Below, piece after piece: positions 1 to 12,209 of a DNA stretch of 64,000 nucleotides. The notes under the pieces were generated by a model. It was not told the DNA's origin, did not search any database, and worked only from the letters and a program-made list of their open reading frames with translations. Every line of letters begins with the position of its first letter. Position 1 is the stretch's first letter. The stretch spans positions 5,934,761-5,998,760 of the forward strand of contig SMSO01000031.1 of assembly GCA_004764695.1 (NCBI GenBank), in the 5' to 3' direction. The translations under genes were made by a program, and so were the position numbers. Source of the DNA: Schizochytrium sp. TIO01. Its lineage: Eukaryota > Protista > Bigyra: Labyrinthulomycetes.

Positions 1-3000
1 GCTGAGTCTTTGTTCCATCACGGAGTCGGATAGACTTGCATTCGGTGATAGCTCTCTTGACTGATGCTGGGCTTATATCCAAATGAAGTCGGCGAATGCC
101 CTCTGATGCAAGCTTGACCTTGATTGCACACTCGTCAGGTGTGTATTGTTCTTCGAAGTACTCAGCAATATCACCAAGACGAGTGGATTCAATACGGCCT
201 TGAACAACACGAGCAACACGCTCGTCGTCATCTTTTGATAGCTTAACCGTGATAATTGGCGTACTGATATTTTTGGAAGCGTTGATAATCTCCTTGATAC
301 GCGGCACACCAAGCGTAACGTTCATACTTGCAACACCGGCAAAGTGGAAGGTTTTGAGAGTCATCTGAGTACCGGGTTCACCCAATGATTGAGCACCAAT
401 GGCGCCAACAGCTTCACCGGGCTCGGTCATGGCCTTCATAAAGCGCTGCACAGCAGATTTCATCATAGCATGCACCTGAGTTTCGGTGGTACGGCAAAGC
501 TTATTAAGACACAAGAGCATCTCCTCGCGAGAGGGTTCAGCCTTAAGATCCGACATTGACCTGTTACCACAGGTGGCAACATAGGCATGGACATCTTCAT
601 CGCGGCTAAGCGGGAAAGAGGAACCAAAACTCTCTACAATAGTCTCATTCAGACCAAGGTAGTCACAAGTCTTTTTCAATCTGGTAGCAATGGATTCGAT
701 TGCGTCGTGCATCTCACGCACAAAAAAGGTGACTCCAGAGTTCGACTCACTGAATTGACTGGCAGCGCCAGCGTCACGTTCGGCACCCGTGGTACGCAAA
801 ACTTGGGTCCAATTCTTGTACATACGTTCACGCACAGCCCGAAGACCAGCTGGGGTCAAAGCAGGCTCTTCACGGCATGGCTGCGTGGGTTTGATATGTT
901 GCTCAAGACGTTTCCAGTTCACTGGACGGTCACCCTTTTCCATGCATGCTGGGTTGAGGCCGTCATCACCATAGTTGAACTGCACAACACCATTCATGGC
1001 GTTACGAACAGTACCATCGTAAGCAACACTGAGATCTTCGAGTGCTTTCATTAAACGGCGAGCCATGTAGCCAGTCTCGGCAGTTTTCACAGCTGTATCA
1101 ACGAGACCCTCACGGCCACCCATGGTGTGAAAGAAAAACTCTGGAGCAGTGAGACCACTATAAAACGAGTTCTTTACGAAACCACGCGAGTTCGCTCCTT
1201 TGGTGTTCTCATGGAAGTGGGGAAGGGTGCGGCGCACGAAGCCGTAAGGAATACGCTTGCCGCCAACGATTTGCTGACCGACACAGACCATCATCTGACA
1301 AATGTTCAATGGAGAACCCTTTGAACCACAGGTTGCCATGATAAAGGGCTTGTTATGGTGAGGGAGTGTTTGCATGCAGACTTTACCAGCTGTGTCACGC
1401 ACACGTGACAGAACACCAGATACATCAGCCTCCAGAGACTCCTCCATATTACAGCCAGGTTTGGTGATCAAAGTTCTGTTGTCAAACTGCTTAATAAGCT
1501 CGCGACACTTGTCCTCACCGGCCTCAATTTCCTCGACCTTGGCCTTGAGAAGTTCTGGTCCAGGAGTGACATCCTCGAGACCGATTGTAAAGCCCTGGTT
1601 TGTGAGCCAGCGAGTGCAAACTTTAGTCATACGGTTCATAACGTGAGCAGCTTCCATGGGCGAATGGTCGCGAACAAGGACGTAAATGAGGCCAGACTTG
1701 CTTCCACCAAGCACACCTTTACCAATGGTACCACAAATGAGCTCAGAGTTACGGAAAATGACATACCCCTCGTTAGGGCACATGCAGGGGCCATCAGTTT
1801 CGTTACCGGCATACGCACGCTCAGGAGTTTCGAGGTTTACCATCACATCTCGCTCACCACGAGCGAGATTTTGGGTGCGAGGGCGCAAAAGCACAGACCA
1901 CACTTGCTTACCTGTCCACAGCGGCACAGGTTTAAGGATAGACGGCATGGGAATATCGACGTGCTCCAATCCATTGCCAATTGTTGTCACAGCTTGGAGG
2001 AACTGCTCGCGAGTAAGGAAGATGTTGCGACGAGTCATGAGGAAGGATGCTGTAATGAAATCTTGAGTTGCCGTAATCAAAGGTTCACCATTACGAGGTG
2101 TAATAAGGTTGTGGTGAACACCCATCAGCATGGTTGCCTCGGCGCGGGCCTCGTCAGTCTGCGGAACGTGCAAATTCATTTCATCACCATCAAAATCAGC
2201 GTTATAGGGGGCGCATGCACACTCATTGAAGCGCAGCGAGCGGCCCTCCAAAACCTTGACACGGTGACTCATGATGGACATTTTATGGAGCGAAGGCTGG
2301 CGGTTGAAAAGGACAATGTCATCGTCATTAAGGTGGCGTTCGACCATATCACCAACTCGAAGTTCCCGGGCCAAAGCATCGCGGTTACGGACATATGCCA
2401 AGTTCTTCTTTGTTCTTTGGTCATTGTCCATGAGCGCAGCTGCGTTGCAAGGTGCAGACATGAGTCCCGCACTAGTCCCATTAGCATCATCTTCAAGCAT
2501 ACGAACACTATTAGCACCCGGGTGAACCTCTGGACCATTGCGAATGGCAGCACGTAGACGCTCGATATTGTAGTCGTTCACAGTTTCTGGAAAGGTAAGC
2601 TTGACAGCCATCCGCTTGGGCACACCAACCTGGTGGATTTCGAGGTTAGGATCGGGGGAAATCACAGTACGGCCTGAAAAGTCAACACGTTTACCGGAAA
2701 GATTACCACGAAAGCGACCCTGTTTACCTTTGAGGCGCTGCACAAGACCGCGAATGACCTTTTGATCCCTGCGCACCTGGGCGGGGAATCCTGAGAGTTC
2801 ACCATTGAAGAACTGACTGGTAAACATCTGGAGACGATTCCAAATCTCATACACCTTCTTCATCTTTCCACCAGAGTTCCACACGATAGCCAGCTCATTG
2901 TTGCAGTCGATAATTTCCTGGAGCTTGCCCGTAAGATCATCTTCATTCGTGCCCTGGGTATCCACCTTGGCCGAAGGACGAATTGCCACTGGGGGCACCA

Positions 3001-3844
3001 TCATGTGCGTGAGGATCATATTTTCGGGACGTGAGTGCGCAGCGCTAGCCCAAAGAAGCGGGAGATCCTCGTCGCGGATCTTGCGAAAGAGTTCCAAAAC
3101 AAAGAGTGGGGTGAGCGCCTCTTGAACTTTGTCCACTGAGCTCTCGTCAAGCTCAGTGGACGTACGGTCTGACATAGCAGTATGGAACTGGTGATGGCGT
3201 GCCAAGACATCAATTTCTGAATCTTTGAAGTCTTTGACCTTGTATTTCTCGTGAATGAGCTTAATTGTGTCGGCGCCGGTGACCTTTTTCACTGTGCCAT
3301 TAAAGTCATTGCACTCAGGGCAGCGACGCATCTTCTTACACGCTTCAATAATCTTCTTGCGCATGTTAGCTTTCTGGATGCTATCAGCAGATGAGCGTTG
3401 CATGAGCTGTAGAAACTTGAGTTTGTCGGCACGGTTGAGAAGAATGTTGGCACAGTTCTTGCAAATGGTTTGCAGTACAGACTGAATTGCCTTGTAATAA
3501 CCAATGTGGAAAACAGGCAAGGTAAGCTCGACATGACCAAAGTGACCTGTGCATTCTTTAAGGTTTTTGTTGCATGTTTTGCAGGTAAGAAGTTTGTCTG
3601 ACACACCAAGACGGGGATCGAGGCATCCATATTCAACTGGTTCCCTTGTTTGCATGTCATAAAGCTTGTTGTTGGACACGCGAAGCTCGGAGCCTTGCAT
3701 CATCTCTAGACCAGAAAGCATTGCGAATTGGATTTCACGAATGCGCTTTGGTTTTTCTCTACTCTGTCCATCGCCATCGTTGAGTGTAAGCTTATTCATG
3801 CGCCGGTCCAGCATGGCCAATGGGCCTCCTCCGTTGCTCTCCAT
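1..3844 (-). CDS. RPC1: DNA-directed RNA polymerase III largest subunit (RPC1/POLR3A); C-terminus runs off the left edge of the window
   Basis: Manual minus-strand translation from ATG at 3844 (MESNGGGPLAMLDRR...). It contains the zinc-binding CKTC...CTGHFGH, RFRGNLSGKRVDFSGRTVISPDPNL, the catalytic YNADFDGDEMNLH (about 2170-2206) and the Pol III-type GTQMTLKTFHFAGVASMNVTLGVPRIKEIINA (about 280-375). The start ATG, NADFDGD and QMTLK codons were checked to be in one frame. The ORF track misses it because no stop lies inside the window. Confidence 0.97.
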   Translation of the reverse strand, partial: MESNGGGPLAMLDRRMNKLTLNDGDGQSREKPKRIREIQFAMLSGLEMMQGSELRVSNNKLYDMQTREPVEYGCLDPRLGVSDKLLTCKTCNKNLKECTGHFGHVELTLPVFHIGYYKAIQSVLQTICKNCANILLNRADKLKFLQLMQRSSADSIQKANMRKKIIEACKKMRRCPECNDFNGTVKKVTGADTIKLIHEKYKVKDFKDSEIDVLARHHQFHTAMSDRTSTELDESSVDKVQEALTPLFVLELFRKIRDEDLPLLWASAAHSRPENMILTHMMVPPVAIRPSAKVDTQGTNEDDLTGKLQEIIDCNNELAIVWNSGGKMKKVYEIWNRLQMFTSQFFNGELSGFPAQVRRDQKVIRGLVQRLKGKQGRFRGNLSGKRVDFSGRTVISPDPNLEIHQVGVPKRMAVKLTFPETVNDYNIERLRAAIRNGPEVHPGANSVRMLEDDANGTSAGLMSAPCNAAALMDNDQRTKKNLAYVRNRDALARELRVGDMVERHLNDDDIVLFNRQPSLHKMSIMSHRVKVLEGRSLRFNECACAPYNADFDGDEMNLHVPQTDEARAEATMLMGVHHNLITPRNGEPLITATQDFITASFLMTRRNIFLTREQFLQAVTTIGNGLEHVDIPMPSILKPVPLWTGKQVWSVLLRPRTQNLARGERDVMVNLETPERAYAGNETDGPCMCPNEGYVIFRNSELICGTIGKGVLGGSKSGLIYVLVRDHSPMEAAHVMNRMTKVCTRWLTNQGFTIGLEDVTPGPELLKAKVEEIEAGEDKCRELIKQFDNRTLITKPGCNMEESLEADVSGVLSRVRDTAGKVCMQTLPHHNKPFIMATCGSKGSPLNICQMMVCVGQQIVGGKRIPYGFVRRTLPHFHENTKGANSRGFVKNSFYSGLTAPEFFFHTMGGREGLVDTAVKTAETGYMARRLMKALEDLSVAYDGTVRNAMNGVVQFNYGDDGLNPACMEKGDRPVNWKRLEQHIKPTQPCREEPALTPAGLRAVRERMYKNWTQVLRTTGAERDAGAASQFSESNSGVTFFVREMHDAIESIATRLKKTCDYLGLNETIVESFGSSFPLSRDEDVHAYVATCGNRSMSDLKAEPSREEMLLCLNKLCRTTETQVHAMMKSAVQRFMKAMTEPGEAVGAIGAQSLGEPGTQMTLKTFHFAGVASMNVTLGVPRIKEIINASKNISTPIITVKLSKDDDERVARVVQGRIESTRLGDIAEYFEEQYTPDECAIKVKLASEGIRRLHLDISPASVKRAITECKSIRLRDGTKTQ

Positions 3845-4281
3845 TTTTGCCTCTTCGTTTGTGGTCTTGCCAGGAGCCCTTTACTATTCTTCTGATCAGA
3901 CTTGCGAGGTATGCTCAGTCTCCTCAGCCGCAACAGATCTCGCTCGCTCAGTCAGTCAGTTAGTCAGTCAGTCAGTTAACCCACGTGTACCGCCCTTGAT
4001 CAGACAAACAAAGCACGCCAGTTTGAGTTGATTGAGTCCACCAACAGCCGCCACCACAGACCAAACCACAACAAACAACCCACGAAGAACGAAGCGAGTA
4101 AGCAAGCAAAAAGCCAAGAGGGACCTGCCAAGAGGTCTCAGGCCTCTCCGCTAAGAGAGAATGACAGAAGAGAAGGTGCCCTCCTCCCCACCTGGCTCCG
4201 CACTCTGCGGTTGCCAAGGCAGGCTCGCGAGAAGAGGACGCTCGCGAGGTCGCTTTGCTTATCTCTGTTTCTCTCTTCTCT

Positions 4282-4378
4282 CATTCATTCATTCATTCAT
4301 TCCATATAATAGTACTTGCTAATGGTTCTGTACTAATCATTCATTCATTCATTCATTCATTCACTCATTCATTCATTC
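4282..4378. repeat. (CATT)n microsatellite blocks upstream of RPC1
   Basis: Two runs of tcattcattcatt... at about 4282-4302 and 4338-4378. Confidence 0.85.
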
Positions 4379-4496
4379 CCTCACCAATCCATCCTTCCCT
4401 TCTCCTTTCGTCAACTTAGAAAACTAGGTAGTAGGAACCTCTATACCTACCTCTAGAGAGACTATACATCACACCATAACAGACCTAATACCTATT

Positions 4497-4543
4497 TAGC
4501 ACTCTTAACCAACTACCTACTGGGTAGTTCGTTAAGAGTGCTA
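4497..4543. repeat. 47-bp near-perfect inverted repeat (hairpin)
   Basis: TAGCACTCTTAAC-C-AACTACC-TACTG-GGTAGTT-C-GTTAAGAGTGCTA: 13-bp and 7-bp stems separated by one C/C mismatch. Confidence 0.9.
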
Positions 4544-7500
4544 CCTGCAATATACTGAAGTACACAATAATAGCTGGATGGACCTATCATATTAATAAAC
4601 GTATACACTCAATCTCACTACTTAGTACTTTGTCAGAAGGAACTCCTTTAAATCTTTAAAATCTCAGATAGAACTCAAGCCGAAGCAATCGCTGGAATCC
4701 TTTTATGCAATGTTTCACCTACCATATAATTGTGCGTTGTGGATCATTAAACTTTGTATAGGCCTAATAGTATTCTGTTGGTCTCCGTATTTGATTTTGC
4801 AAGCCTGAAATAAAGTTCACGGGACTCCGCAGCTAGATGCGCGTGATGCTATAAGTAGGTAGGTAGTGTAGTACTTGGATGCAATTCTCAAAATTTTCGC
4901 CTAGTGCCCGGCGCTAATTTTGGCGTAGCTAGAATAATGCTTCTCTTAATGTGTTAGTTACTGCAGAAAATAAAGCGCGTAAAAGGGTGGGAAGCTTGGT
5001 TTAAAGCAGCCACATATCCTTCATTCGATGCCCATGCCCATTTCCCCAAAGCATGGCCAAGTGCAGCATTCGGAAGAAAAGAACAAATATACAAGCTTAA
5101 GCACTCGAGGCAAAAACAACTTGAAATTCAATTGACTGATTTTCGACAAGATTGCTGGGACAGTTTATCTTATTATCTACTTGAAACCAGGGTAAAAGAT
5201 GAATTTAGAAAATTCATTCTCTCTATGCAAGCTTAGACTAGAGACTTAGCCAATAACAGCTGAAGACTATTATGTCCTGGTCAATGTCAATGAAGTATAT
5301 CACGCTTGCCATTATGATTATATGATGCATTCTAAAAGTCATACTTTAGAGCTCCTTGTACTTTTTGACTAAAAATACGAACAGGACAGGGGCCAATTTA
5401 TCCGAAGGTAGAACATGCAAAACGTCTTGAAACATCATGAGACTGGAGCAGCGTAGGTCGTGAATATACATTGGAAAAAAAGAAAAAAAAGAAAAAGCAA
5501 CAAAACGTGAAGCTTCAGCAGATCTTTGGGTTTCTGAAAAGGGAGATACATTTCCCGTCTGGGTTCCATTCACACAAAAAATGAAAACCTGGTCATGGTT
5601 CTACTTTGAAATTGTGATCCTGCACCACTGAGTGGTCAGTATGTGCTGAAATAATGATGACTTGCACTCGATGATTCGCATTTGATGTATAAACAGCAGA
5701 ACATGCAGGTAGCAATGGCAGGAGAAACCAGGCAAAGCGGTATCGGGTTCTTACCTAATAGACCAAATGACGTGAAAATACATTCTAAATAAGTGATAAA
5801 TGTAACGATCGCTCCGAAACATAGGTCTCAAGAACGGAGAGTCTACTACCATAGCTACTAGACGGGCTTACCTCATTTCGTTATCGTATAGAAATGAATG
5901 TGCAAAAATCAAGCTTGTTTGTGTTTTCATTGCGGCGTTTAGACCCAAGTGAGTAAAGGAGATAACGTTTTGTTATTAGAAAACCATTAAGTGATTTCTT
6001 AGTAGTATCTAAGGAAATGTTAAGATCCTCAAGAAACACGTTTCTATGATATTAGTGGAAAATCAAACAGATAAAATGTTACGAATTCACTCATTCAAAA
6101 AAAACAGCTCTACTCGCTCATGTAGGAGATTAGCAAAGCTATGAACTCAACTTAATCACAGAAGCCAAAACAAGCCACCTTTCTTTATGAGAGCGGATGA
6201 CCTCAGCAATGAGCTTAGTAGATCAGCTAACCCTCAGCTGATGAAATTAAGTTCGCTTTGTCTTAGTTGACTACGTGGTCATCAAATAAAAATTCCATCA
6301 CCATGAGTTGAAAATGCGCAGTTAATGTTTTGGCTTAGAGTGATTATGCAATGAGCTCTCCATCGTTTTGAGAATCTCAAACATATCAAGCTTACACGCA
6401 ACTAGCAAAACACAGAAGTATTTGGGGTGTTAAAATACTTAGCACTTCAGAAGAGTACAAAGAACTACTACCTTGTTTTCTGATGGGTACCTGCTAAGAT
6501 TCTAAACGCTGTTCAGGATGAAATTGCACCCTGCAAAGAGCTCCTTGTTGTTTCTCTGTCCCCTGTTGCTCTTTGTTGTTTCGGGAAACATCCTCGCAAT
6601 AACCGGTTCAGGTTGGTCATACAAATGTAGGGTTAATAATGAATGCGTCTTCTTATTTTACTAGTAACGTTTACTAGAAGGTAGGTCTAGCATTTGACCA
6701 AAACACAATGTGTCGTTAATTTCCATTTTCAAGTTGAAGATCTCAGTGAGTCGCTGAAGGGGAGAAGTGTGTTGGTAGGGAACGCTCGCAATCAGTCGTC
6801 CCAAGAACCTTTGGTGGCCGTGAACGGCAGCAAAACTGTAAACAAACTCTGAGAGATCGAGATAAAAGGCTGGGAGGGTGAGATGCTTTGCCGTGATTTG
6901 ACTTTTGCAGTGAATCTTGCACTAGTTGAGTGCTTAATGCGAGGTTATCTACGTCAGGAAGTATTGTTTTGGACTGTCATTTGGAACATCGAAGACCCTT
7001 TTTTAAAAGGTATTTTTTCTCAAGTTCTACTACGACGCGTATATAACAGAACGCAACCAATGATGTAAAAAGCAGGATAAATTGGGTGGACGGTCAATAA
7101 GCAGAAAAGTAAGATTTGCTATTGGATTGGGGAAACTGAAAAAACACTCTTTAAGTCCTATCTTATCAGTTAGAGACAATATTGCAGACAAGCGTATTTT
7201 TAGTGAAGCATGTTTCCTTGCATGGCCCTGCGCTATGACCCCTCAATAAGTGCTGCTGTATGTCCAGCCTGACATAGCCATTTAGAATCAATATCCTTTT
7301 ATTTCTTTTTCTTATTTTTTAAATTAAAAGTATTACTTTATTTTTATTTTATAACTTCAAGATAATTTAAAAAAAAAATCAACAGCAAAAATTCAAAAGT
7401 CTTCTCCTTCAAATTTGGTTTTGAAATTTTATGGCTCTTCTACAACTTTACACCACAACTTTACAATCTGCCCTCCGAGGCGTAAATCGTGCATCGGAAT

Positions 7501-10500
7501 TCCTATTTTCTTGCACCCTGCAGGCTCGAATGAAATCAACCAGGGTCATGATTGCTGAAGGGAAGAGATCTTCTTAGCTAATTCACGTGATAAAAAAGAA
7601 AAAGAGAGAAAAAAAAAAAAAGCAAAGTAGACACCCTACTAAATATTTCACGCACAATCACTGCTCCTATCAGGCCTTTCACTAGCTTGGGTAAATCTCA
7701 AGTCCGGTACAAATATTTAATTAAACCCCATAATTCATAATCAACAACCCTATGAAACTATGATCAACTATGATCTTTTAGATCATTGGCGGCATTCATT
7801 CGTCCCAACAGCAGGGAACATAATAGCTAGGTCACATCAAATAAGGTTGAAAGCAGATTTTGACCATGCATACGAGCTTCTGACCCGCCTGTGGTGGTAG
7901 TCGTATCCATAGCTAACCGAACTATAATATACTTTATTCGATAATTTACTATTAGAATAAGTATCGAGGTACCTACCATAGTTCTGACCTTGATATTTCC
8001 AGTCACGATCAGGATGATTTAAAATTGGTTTGCACTTCAAGTTGAAATAACATTTGATTTCTGCACTATTTTTATCCCCTTTGTTCGCGAAAGAGCCCAA
8101 TGGCGAGTTTCCCTCTTCCACAGAGCTTTGATCAAGCATCATGAGTTGGAGTAGAGTCTAACCAATGCCCTTCCTCAGTAACGAGCATGGTGCAGGAGAT
8201 ATGTTTCGACTTGATTTGGATGATATTTTCTCTCAAGTACCAGGAGGCTTGAGCGGACTCTGACTATCGGAAGTGTGTAGGGATCCTGCAAAAATACCGC
8301 AACCTACATTGGAGCTGTAATCGAGTTTTAGTTTTTCAAGTATTCATCAACCAGAAAGCATTTCGTATAGTTTAAATTCAGCAAGAACAATGCACCCGTG
8401 GCCATTAGAGCTGATATCTCATGGGAGGCAACAGGAGCATTCACTCGCGGATTTCAAATTTTATATAAATTGTCTGAACACCTCAAGGCTAAGTGACTTT
8501 CATCCTGCCTGTTTAAAAAAAAAAAAAACACCCGCTCCCAAAGAAAATGCGCTTGATTTTGCTGAGATAAAACGTGCATTGTGCTGCTATCCTTACCAAG
8601 TTTGTTTTTGCTGCTTCTTAGGCGACATTTTTAACTAGTTGCATGTGCTGAAGGTAATTTAAGAACTACATTTTGCGTGACTTATACAACATATGCTTTA
8701 GAAAGCTCAGAACCTTGGGAGCTGAAAACCTAATCCTTCACATGTTTTTGAAGTGCAATGACGAGCGCTCTGATATAATTAACGATTGCCTTCGATAGTG
8801 AGTTGGCAGCAGGGTAGCTAGTGCTGCTTCAAGAGGAAGATTCAGATTTAAAAAGAACAAATTAAAAATCTCGCAATTCGGAACGTTTTTACTTCTACTG
8901 CAAGGAATCAAGAACAAAGCGATTTTGCAGGTGCGAATCCTCGAACTGTAATTCCTAATTCTGAATTTGCAGTATCTTGTTCCTACTCTTGCAAATCAAG
9001 AGGTGCATCATTCTTTGCTGGTTTATGTTTTTGCGAAATTAGCAGAACAAAATACCAGGAAAATTTTACATAGTGGTGTCTATGTTCACACCACCCTCGT
9101 TGACTACACTAGATTCTTATGTGATTTACTTCGAAAAAAATAAAATGGGTTTTAACTCTTGTCCTGGCGCAATTATATGTATCATAGGCCTAGATGATGG
9201 AGATTGGACTCTTTTAGTATACAGAGAGACAAATTGTTATTTATTCACTCATTCTTTCATTGGTTCATTCATTTATTTCGCGAAATATCGTTTCGCTCCC
9301 AAGGTTTTTTTGATATGATCCTTGCCTTTGTTCGACTACAGCCATTCACAGTATTTTCCGCATCAAAAATAGTCCTTGAGTGGCTCTGGTGAATTTTTTA
9401 AAGAAGGCCGTGAAAAATATAATGATGATAAAGGAAGAACAAGAAGAAGGAAAAAAAAAAAGAGTGGCAGCCAGCACGCCGAGCTGTTTATACGAGGTAG
9501 GTGCTGTAGATTACCGGAGCCGCAAGGTAACAGAAGCACGTTTTGGCTCTTTCCTTCATTTGATTTGCGTCATCATTGCAGTTCTCTATACCGTAGACGC
9601 TTCCAAAGAAAGTATTTGTTTGGATGCCATTTTATCGTGAGGTATAAAAATAAGCATCAAAGTACTTTCTACTCTACTCGTAGTTATTAAGTATCGTTTA
9701 GTGATTTTTTAAACTCTCAAAATGCTCTTTTTTTTTTTTTTTCTTTTTTTTTCTTCTAATGTATCAGATCTCAGGCTCACTGGCTCAGTTTAGATGCCTT
9801 CTTTGAATGTTCTGCAGGGAAGCGAAGACTACCCAACGTAAAGAGAGCTTGGAAGCAGGAGCTTTTTAATCAGTGTCGCATACGAGCAAGGTTGAAAAGA
9901 TAGTGGGAAAGCGGAACGGAAGTGCCGAACTGTATTCCAGTCGAGACCCATCCTACTGGTAGCAACAATGAATCACAGTAATCGTTTATAACGGAGGCTT
10001 AGATTTTGCTGGAGACCCATTTATGAGGTGCTGCTGCATTTCAGAATACAGTTTCTGAAGGTGCCAGTCAACCAGCCCATATATGCTCGAGGAATTAGGG
10101 CTCCACAGTAAAGACAGTTAAAAAATAAATTAATGGTGGGTCGTATGGGTCTTAATTCTGAGAATCCGCCAGCAACAGAGAATATTAAGCAAAATTGATA
10201 CTTCGAATTTCGGGGGAAATAGATAAACGTTCTCTAGAGTTTTCCAGCCATGCGTGGCTCTATCAGACTGGCTTTTGGTTATTTCTACTTTGGTTGTGGG
10301 AAGGCACAGGTGGGTAAGCTTTAGAGGCACTACCCTGCAAACGCAACCTCCAGTGCAGCCTTCCGCAATACATTAAAAAAGATACAATGGTCACGGTAGT
10401 TTTTTTTTAAATATATATAAATAGGCCGTTTCCCTGGCGGAAACTATTGCATTCCAATGTCTAGCATGGGATGCTGATCTTCGGCTCACGACTTTCGAAG

Positions 10501-12209
10501 TTCGGAGAGTTGAGCGTGAGCCTTGCAACGCTTTACTACGCCACACCCACTTTCAAATTGCAAAAGCTTTACAATTTGAAAAGAAAATATGCGTTTTTAC
10601 TTCCTCCTTTTATAGTCAGGTCAGGTAAGGCAGTGAACTTTGGTTTACTATAGGCCTATACATATTTATAATTCTAAAATTAGAGAGGATATGATATGTA
10701 GGCTGGGGGTTTTATTTTAAAGCTTGCTTGCTCAATCTCTCTGGATTTTGTTCTTCTATGCTCTGGGACCAGTCTTTAGAGATCAAAGTATTTATCATAT
10801 GTGTAACATGAGCTCGTGTGCTAGTTTCAATAGTGTTATAAACATCTCTGTTTTGACCGGATTGAGAGAAGATATCATTCGGAGAGGATAGGATTGAGAA
10901 CAGGATTGGGATGATCTTGCGTAAATTGAAAAAAAAAAGGAAAAATTAGTCAAGGGAAAGTCGCACTCTGGTTACCCAAAGGCAGCTGCTGCACGCGTAT
11001 GTCTAGTTTTTTCAAGTTGACTTTGCGCGAGAGCTCTTCTCTCAGTCATCAATTTAAGGAGTGTTTACCTTTCACCGCCTGTTCTCGAAATCGTTATCCA
11101 TTCATGAATTCAGAGGGAACGTTGGTTTATGGGTGATGATGATTATAACGATATAAAAAATCAAAACCATGACCATACCAGGGTATGTGTGCATTAGCTG
11201 TGATTGAAGTGCTTCTACCAGCATCCTGCTATCCTGGTCTTCCGTTCAGCAGTAGGGCCAGTCTTGGTTTCCTTGCTTTCTCTTCCACATGACACACGCT
11301 TCAACGTTTTCCCCGTCTTTTTGCCGAGGACATGAATAAGCACAACGTCAACAATTGGTGGGCTTTTTTCCACGTATTCCAGCTTTCTTAAGTAAGGATG
11401 GCAAATACTGGCTGGCATGATCGTGTTCGTTTGGAGATTAATAATATTGTTGGTTGATTAACGATTTCAGGTGGTGCTTAGTCATAGCTTTGGAGGTACC
11501 TTCTTAGGTGTTGGTGTATCTGCTTCCGTCAAAATAGTTCGAAACCTAGGGACCTACCACTTATTGTGACTCAGACTCAATGGCCTTGCTGAAGAGGCTC
11601 ACTGGTCCAATTAATCTGTTGATATTCCGTGTTTTTTGTTTTTGTTTTTTCTTTTTCGATGAAAACAAAGTCCCTCGTTCTCATCATTCTCCTCTGTATT
11701 GTTCTATAATTTTTTGTTTAGCATTTTTTTTAATGAACAAAAAGCATTTTTTATTTTTAAAGCTAATAATTATCTATAGCATTTTTAGTACTTTGAGAAG
11801 AAAGAAAAATGATAAAGATATATAATAATATGGCTTAGGCTATCATACTGATACTAATATTCTGTTTTATTTTAATTAAAAAGCCTCCTCTATGATTCGC
11901 TCGTGATCTCTTGATCCATGTCAAGGACAATACGGCGACTCAGAAGCCCCACCAGAACCGCAAATCCGCTCAACATAAGACAACAATCAAACATATCCCG
12001 TCTTGTCTTATTCACTGACCACGTTGCTGTCTCCCTCCCCCCCCGAAAGCAACCGAACTAGCGCTGCAGGAACAGAATAGCAGCATCGGAATTGACTGTT
12101 GAGAAAGGACTGAGCCAGTCACTTAAAAGAAAGGGACGCCATCACACGCACCAGTTCACGACAAAGAACAGCTCGACGCTCAGGGAGGACAAACAAGCTC
12201 TAAGTGAAC

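Noticed and set aside
587-3660. ORFs overlapping RPC1 (e.g. 1643-2557 +, 304 aa; 587-1054 +)
   Set aside because: Antisense or alternative-frame shadows of the RPC1 coding sequence; no independent protein features
6691-7068. ~125-codon plus frame with a single in-frame TGA (possible selenoprotein or readthrough)
   Set aside because: No upstream ATG, no redox motif around the TGA and no recognisable SECIS; compatible with chance
7837-8142. 101-aa ATG-initiated minus-strand ORF
   Set aside because: No recognisable domain, codon bias or promoter-like island; cannot be supported from sequence alone
11530-11560. GTTCGAAAC...CCA resembling a tRNA T-arm and 3' end
   Set aside because: Flanks do not form a T-stem or acceptor stem, and there is no D-arm
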